A stretch of DNA of 64,000 bases from a virus. Within the stretch, counting starts at the first letter, position 1, and every line of letters begins with the position of its first letter. A model generated the notes under the pieces. It had not been told where the DNA came from. It made no database searches and saw nothing but the letters and a program-made list of their open reading frames with translations. Positions 1 to 8,149 of the stretch are shown here, piece after piece. The DNA is taken from the IMG/VR virus record IMGVR_UViG_3300045988_133829, positions 19,257-83,256 of that record, one strand, 5' to 3'. The position numbers and the translations under genes are program-made.

Positions 1-267
1 CTGTCTCCAATGATAATATGTCGTTCTACCCGTTGCATACACAAAGATAATCATTTATGTGTTAAGTTGTATATAAGTGCTTTGTTTATACTTTAAATGA
101 TTCTACCAACCACCAAATTAATAAACCATCTACCACCAATTTGAAAAGATTGGCAAGGAAGCTAACTTCTACTTCTTCTCCATTTAAACATGCTGCCAAT
201 GTTAATTTAATGATTCTTTGTTGTTTTAGAATCTAATACTAAGGTGATTTTCTTTGTTTTCATATCA

Positions 268-471
268 TTATTCAATTACATACATTAATAAACCATCTTT
301 TGCTTTTATTTCTACCAATATTTCTTTGCAATTTAATCTCTCTTTTAGAAATTCTAAGGTACTTGTTCTAGCAAAGCAATTCTTTGTGGAAACATACATA
401 ACTTTCCCATTGCTTTCAATAGAAACTATTCCTTTGATATATTTTCTAATAATATCCTCTTTGCTTTCCAT
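268..471 (-). CDS. hypothetical small protein (67 aa)
   Basis: ORF track; co-oriented and tightly packed with neighbouring minus-strand ORFs; no motif recognised. Confidence 0.4.
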   Translation of the reverse strand: MESKEDIIRKYIKGIVSIESNGKVMYVSTKNCFARTSTLEFLKERLNCKEILVEIKAKDGLLMYVIE

Positions 472-474
472 AAC

Positions 475-678
475 TCAAATATTTAATAGTTCATTTTCTT
501 TAATTCTTAACTCCAATGTTTTAGGGTATCTCATCTTCACATCTATAAATTCAACGACATAAAGATTGTTCCCTTTGACTCCAAACATATCCTCTATAGT
601 ATGATATGCTTTGAACTGATACCTTTCATCAGGATATTTATTCCTGAAATAATTCTCTATTAAAATTCTTTTGCTCAT
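475..678 (-). CDS. hypothetical small protein (67 aa)
   Basis: ORF track; 3-nt spacing to next minus-strand ORF; no motif recognised. Confidence 0.4.
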   Translation of the reverse strand: MSKRILIENYFRNKYPDERYQFKAYHTIEDMFGVKGNNLYVVEFIDVKMRYPKTLELRIKENELLNI

Positions 679-709
679 AGCTTTATATAAATTTAATATT
701 ATCTCGTTT

Positions 710-1444
710 TTACTTCATTATCTTTTTAAGTTTACGATACATTGCAGCCGCACGAACTGAATTATATTCCATTCCTGTAGCTGTCTTTTGATTCAGATTA
801 TTCAATTTTTGTGCAATATCTCCCCAAATTTCGTAGTTTCTAGGCTCTCCCTTATCTTTTATCCAATCAGTAATGAAAGCCCAAAAAAACACATTACTTT
901 CATTAATACGTGCATTTTCTCGCCTTTTGTTTGCGGACTCATCATGCATCTTATTTATTGAAACTATTCTATCTGTAGAACTATTCTTTCCCCACAATTC
1001 TTTTGTTCCTCCTGTTTGCTCATTACGTTTTTTCTTTGCTGCTAAAGCCGCTTTTGTACGTATGCTAACCAACAGTGCTTCTCTTTCAGCCAAACTGAAG
1101 AACAATGTCAAAGTAAATTTGTCACTATTAGGTAAATCACAAAAAACAATATTGTTTTCACCAATTTCTGCTAATACCTGTAGTGCTTCTAATGTATTAC
1201 GGAAACGATCGCACTTAGCAATAATCAATTTAGCATTTTCTTTCTTTGCGTGTTCAATCGCTTTCCGTAATTCCGTACATTTAGACAATTCCGTTCCGGT
1301 ATAAATTTCTTCATAGTCCGCCAACAACAAACCGTTATCTTTTTCTATGAAGTAATTTATAATGTCTTTTTGTGCCTCAAGTCCTAAACCAGACCGCCCT
1401 TGTTTTTGCGTTGACACCCTACGCCAAGAAATATACTTATTCAT
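710..1444 (-). CDS. small serine recombinase (resolvase/invertase family), 244 aa
   Basis: N-terminal YISWRRVSTQKQ (catalytic Ser motif), AKCDRFRN (DRLxR-like), AEREALLVSIRTKAAL (E-helix), C-terminal HTH-like IAQKLNNLNQKTATGMEY; too short for a large serine integrase. Confidence 0.85.
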   Translation of the reverse strand: MNKYISWRRVSTQKQGRSGLGLEAQKDIINYFIEKDNGLLLADYEEIYTGTELSKCTELRKAIEHAKKENAKLIIAKCDRFRNTLEALQVLAEIGENNIVFCDLPNSDKFTLTLFFSLAEREALLVSIRTKAALAAKKKRNEQTGGTKELWGKNSSTDRIVSINKMHDESANKRRENARINESNVFFWAFITDWIKDKGEPRNYEIWGDIAQKLNNLNQKTATGMEYNSVRAAAMYRKLKKIMK

Positions 1445-1536
1445 ATTACTATTTTTTAGTTAGCCCTTCAAATACAGTACAACTACCCCAAATAATCAAA
1501 CATATTATAAACAACATTTTTTACTCATTTCTTTAT

Positions 1537-1740
1537 TTAAAAACCACTATTAATAGCCTTATTAACACTCATAAATGAGAATATTTTTGAATTTATTTCA
1601 TGTAAACTCATTCTATTTTTAGCTTTTTTCATTTCGTAATAACTTTTAAAACCTTTCGTTATTTCCGGCTTATTGGCAAAATTAGTAATTTCAACCAATA
1701 CATGTGTATATCCATTATCTTTGTAAACTTTTGCTTTCAT
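1537..1740 (-). CDS. hypothetical small protein (67 aa)
   Basis: ORF track; co-oriented cluster. Confidence 0.4.
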   Translation of the reverse strand: MKAKVYKDNGYTHVLVEITNFANKPEITKGFKSYYEMKKAKNRMSLHEINSKIFSFMSVNKAINSGF

Positions 1741-1744
1741 ATTA

Positions 1745-1912
1745 TCACTTTTTATTAATATATTTATTACTTTTCTTTAAAAATAAATCCCTTTGAATTC
1801 CATTCGCTCCAAATCCTTTCAATTCTTTTTCAAAAGATTCATTAAAAATACTTCTTTGATATTTTGACTGATTAGGAATGAAATTTATTGGATCAAACTT
1901 TTTCTTTTTCAT
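1745..1912 (-). CDS. hypothetical small protein (55 aa, below ORF-track cutoff)
   Basis: Hand translation MKKKKFDPINFIPNQSKYQRS...; its ATG overlaps the stop of 1909..2295 as ATGA (translational-coupling layout). Confidence 0.35.
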   Translation of the reverse strand: MKKKKFDPINFIPNQSKYQRSIFNESFEKELKGFGANGIQRDLFLKKSNKYINKK

Positions 1913-2295
1913 AGTATTTCTTTTAATTCATTTAAAATATCCTCTTTTGTGGCGTAATCACGCAAATTTAATAACTTTATCATATATTTACGATCTATTT
2001 TGTCGGGGAGTAAATATTCCTCATTGTCTTTAACTATATATTTTAATATATTTTCGGGGTGATCGTAGCTTTCTATTAATTTACCTATTAAATCACCCTT
2101 TTCTCCTCTTGCATCCCACTCGTTTACTATTTCATTAGTTGTAAGATCTTCAAAGGTGAAATATCCCTCATCTATTTTATGAATATCTGTTGAAATTTTT
2201 CTACATAGTTCGCAATCTCCATCTATTTGAGATATTATACCGTTATTAATCATTTCTTTAAATGATTCTATTTGCTTTTCTGTATACTTTTTCAT
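1909..2295 (-). CDS. hypothetical protein (128 aa)
   Basis: ORF track; co-oriented cluster. Confidence 0.5.
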   Translation of the reverse strand: MKKYTEKQIESFKEMINNGIISQIDGDCELCRKISTDIHKIDEGYFTFEDLTTNEIVNEWDARGEKGDLIGKLIESYDHPENILKYIVKDNEEYLLPDKIDRKYMIKLLNLRDYATKEDILNELKEIL

Positions 2296-2298
2296 GAT

Positions 2299-2448
2299 CT
2301 ATTCCTCCATTAATTTAACTTTGATTATTTCTAAACCGTTTTTAAGTTGCTTTTCTATTATCTCTTTTGCTTCTTGTTCATTCTTAGCATATACACCTAT
2401 ATTATAGCGTGCATTCTCTTTTCCGTAATATACTATATATTCTTTCAT
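2299..2448 (-). CDS. hypothetical small protein (49 aa, below cutoff)
   Basis: Hand translation MKEYIVYYGKENARYNIGVYAKNEQEAKEII...; ATGA overlap with stop of 2445..2669. Confidence 0.35.
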   Translation of the reverse strand: MKEYIVYYGKENARYNIGVYAKNEQEAKEIIEKQLKNGLEIIKVKLMEE

Positions 2449-2669
2449 CCCCTAACCGCTACTTTTATACCGTTATGTATTAACTTTACTAAAATGCTAT
2501 CTAACAATTCCCAAGAAAAACACAATATACCGTTTTTATTTAATTTAATATCTAAAATTTCCTTAGCTATAATTGCATCACTTTCATATATTTGTCCCAA
2601 ATTATTATTTTTTATAATTATTAGATAATCGGGATTATTATTCTTTATTTGTTTAAATATCTCTTTCAT
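2445..2669 (-). CDS. hypothetical protein, weak resemblance to MutS N-terminal (domain I) fold
   Basis: YLIIIKNNNLGQIYESDAIIAKEILDIKL...LVKLIHNGIKVAV resembles the MutS_I pattern (GDFYE..DA....L.I.L......L...G.KVA); resemblance judged by eye only. Confidence 0.45.
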   Translation of the reverse strand: MKEIFKQIKNNNPDYLIIIKNNNLGQIYESDAIIAKEILDIKLNKNGILCFSWELLDSILVKLIHNGIKVAVRG

Positions 2670-2681
2670 AGCTTTAATATT

Positions 2682-2849
2682 TTAAATAGTTCTATCAACT
2701 TTTGCAATTATTACAACGTCGTATTTTTCGCGCATTAACTTTGCGTATTGTTTTATATATCGCTTAGTTACCGCTACTTTAAAATCGTAATACCGTGGAG
2801 TTGTATTGATGTTATGATACCGAATCAAATAATTATCTAACTTCCCCAT
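2682..2849 (-). CDS. hypothetical small protein (55 aa, below cutoff)
   Basis: Hand translation MGKLDNYLIRYHNINTTPRYYDFKVAVTKRYIKQYAKLMREKYDVVIIAKVDRTI; fills an otherwise empty gap in the minus-strand array. Confidence 0.3.
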   Translation of the reverse strand: MGKLDNYLIRYHNINTTPRYYDFKVAVTKRYIKQYAKLMREKYDVVIIAKVDRTI

Positions 2850-2990
2850 ATCTGTATTATTTTAAACTATTAAGTACAAACATTCTTCTTTCTATTCTTT
2901 TTCGTTCGTTCTCTGAATAATATACTTTGTTATTCATCACCGTACAAACGAATTCTATTCTTTTATTTATAATTGTTCTTTTTTTCATGA

Positions 2991-3203
2991 TTACATATTT
3001 TTTTTAATAACGTTACTGCTTAAATTCCATTCATCGAATGTGTCTAGTATAATTTCCTCTGTTTTTCTTTCCGAAATTATAATACGGTCGTAATATAAGC
3101 CGCTAGTATCAGAACATTCGCTACAGATAAATTCTATATCTGCATTGTATTCATCTAACAAATTTGCTAACTTTGTTAGAAACTCATTTCTTTTGTCTAT
3201 CAT
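2991..3203 (-). CDS. hypothetical protein (70 aa)
   Basis: ORF track; co-oriented cluster. Confidence 0.5.
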   Translation of the reverse strand: MIDKRNEFLTKLANLLDEYNADIEFICSECSDTSGLYYDRIIISERKTEEIILDTFDEWNLSSNVIKKNM

Positions 3204-3480
3204 AGTTCTATAATTTTAATTCCTTTTTCCTCTGCTTTATCACAATAATAGCCACCGGAACGCCAATAAGTTTTAGAAAGATTATAGAAACTTTGAGGTA
3301 TTTCTTTTAACTCTATTAAAGTACAAAATACTTCGCTTATTGCTTGTTTACAGCTCCCAGTACTAAAACGTGCTACGCCTACATATATAGGCTTATTGTT
3401 TTTAACTCTGTAAATATTGCAAATAACATTTCGTAGTTTCTTGATCTTCTGTATTCCTTTGTAAAAATATAAGTTTTCAT
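3200..3480 (-). pseudogene. ATG-less 93-codon ORF, apparently 1 nt out of frame with the ATG at 3478-3480
   Basis: Open frame ...NLYFYKGIQKIKKLRNVICNIYRVKNNKPIYVGVARFSTGSCKQ...KGIKIIEL ends in TGA overlapping the ATG of 2991..3203 (ATGA). The only ATG (atgaaaac, 3480 down) is in another frame and stops after 33 codons. One extra A in the A4 run would join them. Confidence 0.3.
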
Positions 3481-3607
3481 ATCTATTTATTATTTAGTGA
3501 AAGATTAAACATAAAACATAACTAACTAAAAGAATACCACATAAAGCGGTAAAACCTTTAATAATATCTTTAAATTCTTTTCTGTCCATGTTAAAATGTA
3601 TTTTAAT

Positions 3608-3850
3608 TTAAAATTTCATTCTTGATAATATTTTTATATTTTCATAGCCTCTATTTTTTAAATAGGCAAGTAGATCACCTGTATTATATCCTTTTGCAGG
3701 TTTACATTCTCTTATAAAGGTATCATCAGCCTCAAAGTGCATGTTATCATACAAAGAATAAACTAAAAACTTCCCGTTCATTAGCTTTTCTATAAACACG
3801 GCAATAATTTCACCGTCTTTCGTTATTCTGAAATTTACTTTTGTTTTCAT
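3608..3850 (-). CDS. hypothetical protein (80 aa)
   Basis: ORF track; co-oriented cluster. Confidence 0.5.
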   Translation of the reverse strand: MKTKVNFRITKDGEIIAVFIEKLMNGKFLVYSLYDNMHFEADDTFIRECKPAKGYNTGDLLAYLKNRGYENIKILSRMKF

Positions 3851-3856
3851 TTTTCC

Positions 3857-4186
3857 TTATTTATTAAAACGTCTTATACAGTAATCAAAAGCTTCACCGG
3901 ATAAACTACTACTAAAGCCCCTTTTATCAATATAAAAACATTGAAACAAACTAGTATCTCCGTAATTATTTACAAGGTTATGAAACATTTGTTTTTGCGC
4001 TTTCTTTGTTGCAAAACAATATTTGGAAAAGTTTTGCAATACCTTTTTCTTTTCTTCTTCGTCTAATTTAAAGTTTATCCACCCTTTTGTATTGTGATGA
4101 AACCGATTGTTAAGAAATTGTTCTACAGTCATTTGTCTAGTTTGATTTAACAAACCGTTTAAAGTCTTATACTTAATTGTTTTCAT
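3857..4186 (-). CDS. hypothetical protein (109 aa)
   Basis: ORF track; co-oriented cluster. Confidence 0.5.
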   Translation of the reverse strand: MKTIKYKTLNGLLNQTRQMTVEQFLNNRFHHNTKGWINFKLDEEEKKKVLQNFSKYCFATKKAQKQMFHNLVNNYGDTSLFQCFYIDKRGFSSSLSGEAFDYCIRRFNK

Positions 4187-4210
4187 AACTCTATGATTTT
4201 AATTATTGTA

Positions 4211-4450
4211 TTAAAAAATAAAAGCAATTTGTATATATCCCCTTCTTTGTCTTTTTTCTACGAAAACTTTTGCTTTATCCGCTTGATGAAAGGCAAATCT
4301 ATTTCGGGGTATATTACACGTAGAAGAAGAAATACCTTTTGCGCCTGTATTTACTTCTCCGCAAAGTTTATTAAAACTTTCTACATTAACCAATGAGTCT
4401 ATAAAAGAGTCAGACCAAAATTTTTGTGATATATTAAATGTTATTTCCAT
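4211..4450 (-). CDS. hypothetical protein (79 aa)
   Basis: ORF track; preferred over the antisense 4193..4396 ORF because of strand consistency. Confidence 0.35.
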   Translation of the reverse strand: MEITFNISQKFWSDSFIDSLVNVESFNKLCGEVNTGAKGISSSTCNIPRNRFAFHQADKAKVFVEKRQRRGYIQIAFIF

Positions 4451-4464
4451 TTTATAAAATGTAT

Positions 4465-4833
4465 TTAGTTTAATTTCTCTTTTAACTGAATTAATCTAAA
4501 TGCGATAACGCTAAACCAATTATTTTGAAAATCATATCTTTGCTTTTCCGTTTTGCAATATCCCCAAGATTTCCCGATGTTAATAATAGTGTCCGTACAA
4601 TAATCTACACCAAAACAAGAAGGCAAACCTTTAATATATTCTTTTATACGTTCCTGTAAATTAGGGTATAAACGCTTATAATAGGCGTCGTTATATTCTT
4701 TATTAAAACAATCAAAGAAGTAATTAATAGCTTCTTTATCACTCATATTATCTTTTTCATCGTTATAAATGCAGTCCAAAACGTATGCAAATTGTACGCC
4801 TAAGTTTTTGTAATTTCTTACATTCTTTTTCAT
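4465..4833 (-). CDS. hypothetical protein (122 aa), first gene of leftward cluster
   Basis: ORF track; first ORF left of the long non-coding region. Confidence 0.55.
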   Translation of the reverse strand: MKKNVRNYKNLGVQFAYVLDCIYNDEKDNMSDKEAINYFFDCFNKEYNDAYYKRLYPNLQERIKEYIKGLPSCFGVDYCTDTIINIGKSWGYCKTEKQRYDFQNNWFSVIAFRLIQLKEKLN

Positions 4834-4941
4834 TGTTATATCTCCTATATTTTTATTATTAATAATCTATTTTGTACTCTGTATTTAACGGGCTTGTAAC
4901 CGTCTATAAAATATAGGCTACATTACAAAAAAATAGCAAGC

Positions 4942-4949
4942 CAAATATA
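4942..4949 (-). promoter_or_regulatory. candidate Bacteroides-type -7 promoter element for the leftward cluster
   Basis: Plus strand caaatata = minus strand TATATTTG (TAnnTTTG), about 110 nt upstream of the ATG at 4833. Confidence 0.35.
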
Positions 4950-5679
4950 ACAGAACTAAAATAAGAACTAATATTTGTTAGCTCTTATCAGATTTACCCG
5001 TTATATTGGATACTTGCTATTTATTAGATTATTTTTATAAGGAATATATAACTTACATTCATTCACCTAAATGTAGTCTTATATATTATATTGTATTGGT
5101 TTATTCACTATATTATAACTACTAGGGTCGGTCTCCTCTCGTCTCACCCGTATAACTCAACTATTACGGTCTCATAACTAATTACTAGTTTGTAGGTACT
5201 GATATAACCAACGTTTGAGTAATACCTACTTAATAGTCTTACGTTTGTTAGGTTGCTACTATGCAACAAATAAACCGCTATTTTCAACACGTGAATGAAC
5301 GAAAACCAATTAACCAATATACAGAGAATAACACAAAGAAAAGATAAATATTATTATATATGTCTACTAACACAATCTTACGTTAACCTTTCGTATAAAG
5401 GTCTATATAACAATATCGTGTTATCTGTAATATAGATAAGAGTTAATCAGTATATCAACGTCTAACAACCTTTTTAAAGGCTATCGGAAATACTCTTTAT
5501 TTCCTTTTGACATTACAAAGATACGTAATAGTTGTAACATACCAAACAATCGCACAATATCTTAACACTAGTTACAATTGGCAGCGTGTAACACCTATTA
5601 CATTAACACAAATAACTACGATTTTACCGTAGTTAAGTTAATTTCGTGTTAAATGTAAACAATAACGAAAAACACAATC

Positions 5680-5704
5680 GGGGAAAGGGATAAAGGGAAA
5701 GGGG
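5680..5704 (+). other. canonical G-quadruplex motif (G4 N3 G3 N5 G3 N3 G4)
   Basis: ggggaaagggataaagggaaagggg read directly; unusual in this AT-rich sequence. Confidence 0.6.
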
Positions 5705-5734
5705 AGAAAGCACACAGGCAAGCACTATTAACGA

Positions 5735-5769
5735 ATATAGTTATTATATCGAAGATGTAATAACTATAT
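5735..5769. repeat. perfect 12-bp inverted repeat with 11-nt spacer
   Basis: atatagttatta (5735-5746) and taataactatat (5758-5769). Confidence 0.85.
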
Positions 5770-5780
5770 GAGTAAATAAT

Positions 5781-5819
5781 ATATATATACTACTATATTA
5801 TATATATATACTATATAGA
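5781..5819. repeat. AT-only direct repeats (possible DNA-unwinding element)
   Basis: atatatatacta occurs at 5781-5792 and 5802-5813 (21-bp period) within an uninterrupted A/T-rich stretch. Confidence 0.7.
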
Positions 5820-6011
5820 GAAAATACACATGTAAAAAAAACAGAATAGATAAAACATATCGAAAAGATAAACATCATAGAAAAAATCTATAAGAAGAAA
5901 ACAAAAAGCGAAAAAGGTTATATATAAAAAGTTGCGGCTTTCTCACACGCCAAACATTTTGCGCATGCTTGTTTAATGCGGCCTATTTTTTGCACATTAC
6001 AGGAAAAAACA

Positions 6012-6093
6012 ATGTTTTTAAAACACGAAACGAGTGTTTAAGACGTGTTTTAAGGCTAAATGAGATGTTTTAATATAAAATACTATGTTTATA
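6012..6093. repeat. five iteron-like repeats, (A/G)TGTTT(T)A(A)
   Basis: Copies start at 6012, 6034, 6045, 6065 and 6085. Spacings of 22, 11, 20 and 20 nt are roughly multiples of a helical turn. aaaacacg/cgtgtttt form an inverted pair. Confidence 0.5.
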
Positions 6094-6185
6094 TCGTCTT
6101 ATTATTGATCTTTTAAAATTAAGCCTAAAAATACGTTCATTCCTGTATTTTGCCCTCTGTTTCCCGGTGGCTTTTCCCGTGCCTA

Positions 6186-6199
6186 CCCCCCCCCCCCCC
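6186..6199. repeat. homopolymeric C14 tract
   Basis: Counted directly: 5 C at 6186-6190 plus 9 C at 6191-6199. Confidence 0.95.
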
Positions 6200-6664
6200 T
6201 ATTTGCATCCATCGGTTGATGCGGCTATACTTCTCATTTTTTTTATTTTTATTTTTTTATTTTGCTAAGAAGTTATATTTTTGCATACCTTCTTTCTTTC
6301 TTAATCCCCTTCCTGTTTTTTCGTGTTTTCAGGTTGGGGATTTTATATTTTTTGGGTGTTATAAAGTAGCATTTAATAGCCATAATTGATTTTGTCTATT
6401 TTCTGCTATTTTTTGTTGTGTCTATTGGCTTAATTTATTATTTTTGTGCTTAGCTATAAAACTAAGATTTTACAATTTGTACTTTCCCCGGTCTGTGAAG
6501 ATAGGGGTTTCTTTTTTTTGATTTAACTATTACTGTATTTTTCCTATTTTAGCCATTAAGACGATAAGTTCTTCATTTTTGGTACGAAAATCGTTATTTA
6601 TGCCACTTATTAAACCTCATTTGGTGTCTATTTAGTTAAAGTCAGTGTTATATTTTGTATATTT

Positions 6665-6696
6665 CTTGTTTTTTGCTTTAAATGGGTGTATATTTG
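6665..6696 (+). promoter_or_regulatory. candidate Bacteroides-type promoter for the rightward replication cluster
   Basis: -7 TATATTTG at 6689-6696; partial -33 (cTTG) at 6665-6668, 20 nt upstream; 30 nt upstream of the ATG at 6727. Confidence 0.45.
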
Positions 6697-6726
6697 CGAC
6701 ATATTTAACTAAAAAAGATAGAAATC

Positions 6727-7170
6727 ATGTTTATGAAGAAGAAAGAAGAGAAGGATTTGTCTTGGTATCAGGACAAGTTGGCGCAATTGGATGAGGAGCT
6801 TTATGTTGTTAGGGAGGAATATGAAAATTACCTTGCTAAAAGGTATTATCCTGAATTTAAGGATAAGATAGGTCGTTATTATAAGTCCGAACATCGCTAT
6901 AGTTCCCGTTCTCCTTTTTACGAATATCATGTATTGTTAGATGTTCAGCCGGAAGATTTGTATACTGGTTCAGATGGTAAAGTGTTAGCAGAATGTATGG
7001 TATCTTCTGTTAGTCGTGATGATAATGGCTGTATTAGGATTAACTTATCAGAGAAGGCTTATGTTCATTATTTGGGCGATGAGATAAGCGAGAGGGAGTA
7101 TAAAGATGCTGTTTCTAGTATTTTGTTTGATGCTGCCGGTGTTTTACCTAGTTTGAAGATTTCTGAATGA
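6727..7170 (+). CDS. hypothetical protein (147 aa)
   Basis: ORF track; stop overlaps the methyltransferase ATG as ATGA. Confidence 0.6.
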   Translation: MFMKKKEEKDLSWYQDKLAQLDEELYVVREEYENYLAKRYYPEFKDKIGRYYKSEHRYSSRSPFYEYHVLLDVQPEDLYTGSDGKVLAECMVSSVSRDDNGCIRINLSEKAYVHYLGDEISEREYKDAVSSILFDAAGVLPSLKISE

Positions 7171-8149
7171 GGGTATTGTCTTTGTTTGATGGTATGGGCT
7201 GCGGCATGATTGCTTTGAGGGAGCTTGGCATAGAGCCGGAGGTTTATTATGCTTCCGAGATAGACAAATATGCTATTATGCAGACAAGTCGCAACTTCCC
7301 TAACGTTATCCATGTAGGTGACGTTAGGGAATTGGATGCATCCAAACTTGGCAGGATAGACTTGCTTATTGGCGGTTCTCCGTGCACTTCGTTCAGTTCC
7401 GCTGGTAAGATGAACGGTATGAGTACTAAGTGCAGTGAAGAGGTGGTTACTCTTGACCGATATTTGGAATTGAAAGAACATAATTATGAATTTGAGGGTG
7501 AATCCTACCTGTTTTGGGAGTATGTGCGTATTTTGAAGGAATTGAGAAAAGTCAATCCTGATATTCTGTTTTTGTTGGAGAATGTGGAGATGCAGACTAA
7601 ATGGGAGAATGTGATAGATAGCGTTCTTGGAATCAAGGGTGCGCATATTAATTCCGCATTGGTATCCGCCCAAAACAGGAGACGAATATATTGGAGCAAT
7701 ATAAAGACTACAAGATATGGTCTTTTTAATCATGATTTATATACCCATATACACCTCGTCCTGCTGACAGATGTATCTATTTAAGGGATATTCTTGAAGA
7801 TGAAGTTGATAAAAAGTACTTTATCAGTGACAATATGCATGATTGGCTTGTATCTCGTAGCAAAAAGAAGAATGTAAAAATAAGAATTATGTCAGGAGAT
7901 GATAAGTCTCATTGTATAACAGCCACAGCGATATATAAAGGGAATTTAGATACTGATTATGTTCCTGTTACTATAAATGGTGAAAGAAGGCTTAGGAGAT
8001 ATACTCCTTTGGAATGTGCTCGTTTGCAAACTGTTCCTGATTGGTATAAATGGTATTGTTCAGACACCCAAATCTACAAGATGCTTGGCAACGGATGGAC
8101 TGTAGAAGTCATAAAACATATATTTTCTTTTATAAAAACAAAAAAATGA
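7167..8149 (+). pseudogene. DNA (cytosine-5)-methyltransferase split into two ORFs (7167..7784 and 7835..8149) by a frame change
   Basis: ORF1 carries motif I (LFDGMGCG), IV (GGSPCTSFS), VI (ENV) and VIII (QNRRR). ORF2 carries motif IX (RYTPLECARLQTVPDWY) and X (GNGWTV). The ORF2 frame is open back to 7736 and reads IYPYTPRPADRCIYLRDILEDEVDKKYFIS. Confidence 0.85.

Larger units (their letters stand above)
4834..6726. other. 1.9-kb ORF-free divergent control region; candidate replication origin
   Basis: No credible ORF on either strand. Lies between divergent gene clusters. Purine-rich on the left, pyrimidine-rich on the right. Contains a G4 motif, a perfect IR, AT-rich direct repeats, iteron-like repeats and a C14 tract. 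Confidence 0.5.

Noticed and set aside
873-1304. 143-aa plus-strand ORF
   Set aside because: It lies entirely antisense to the well-supported serine recombinase gene and has a low-complexity, hydrophobic-looking translation. It is a shadow ORF.
710-1444. Interpreting the recombinase as a lysogeny integrase (temperate lifestyle)
   Set aside because: It is a 244-aa resolvase/invertase-sized protein without the large C-terminal domains of serine integrases. No CI-like repressor or att site was recognised, so lifestyle cannot be called from this window.
3200-3480. Calling the ATG-less ORF a GIY-YIG nuclease because of NIYRVKNNKPIYVG
   Set aside because: Only the first two short motifs are vaguely present. 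The conserved Arg/Glu/Asn downstream elements are not recognisable.
5781-5819. AT-rich tandem repeats considered as a CRISPR array or minisatellite
   Set aside because: There are only two copies of a 12-mer, with no spacer/repeat periodicity of CRISPR size and no cas genes. An AT-rich unwinding element explains them better.
6150-6389. 79-aa ORF containing a poly-proline run
   Set aside because: The prolines are simply the C14 tract read in frame. The rest is poly-F/L from a T-rich non-coding region, and there is no gene context.
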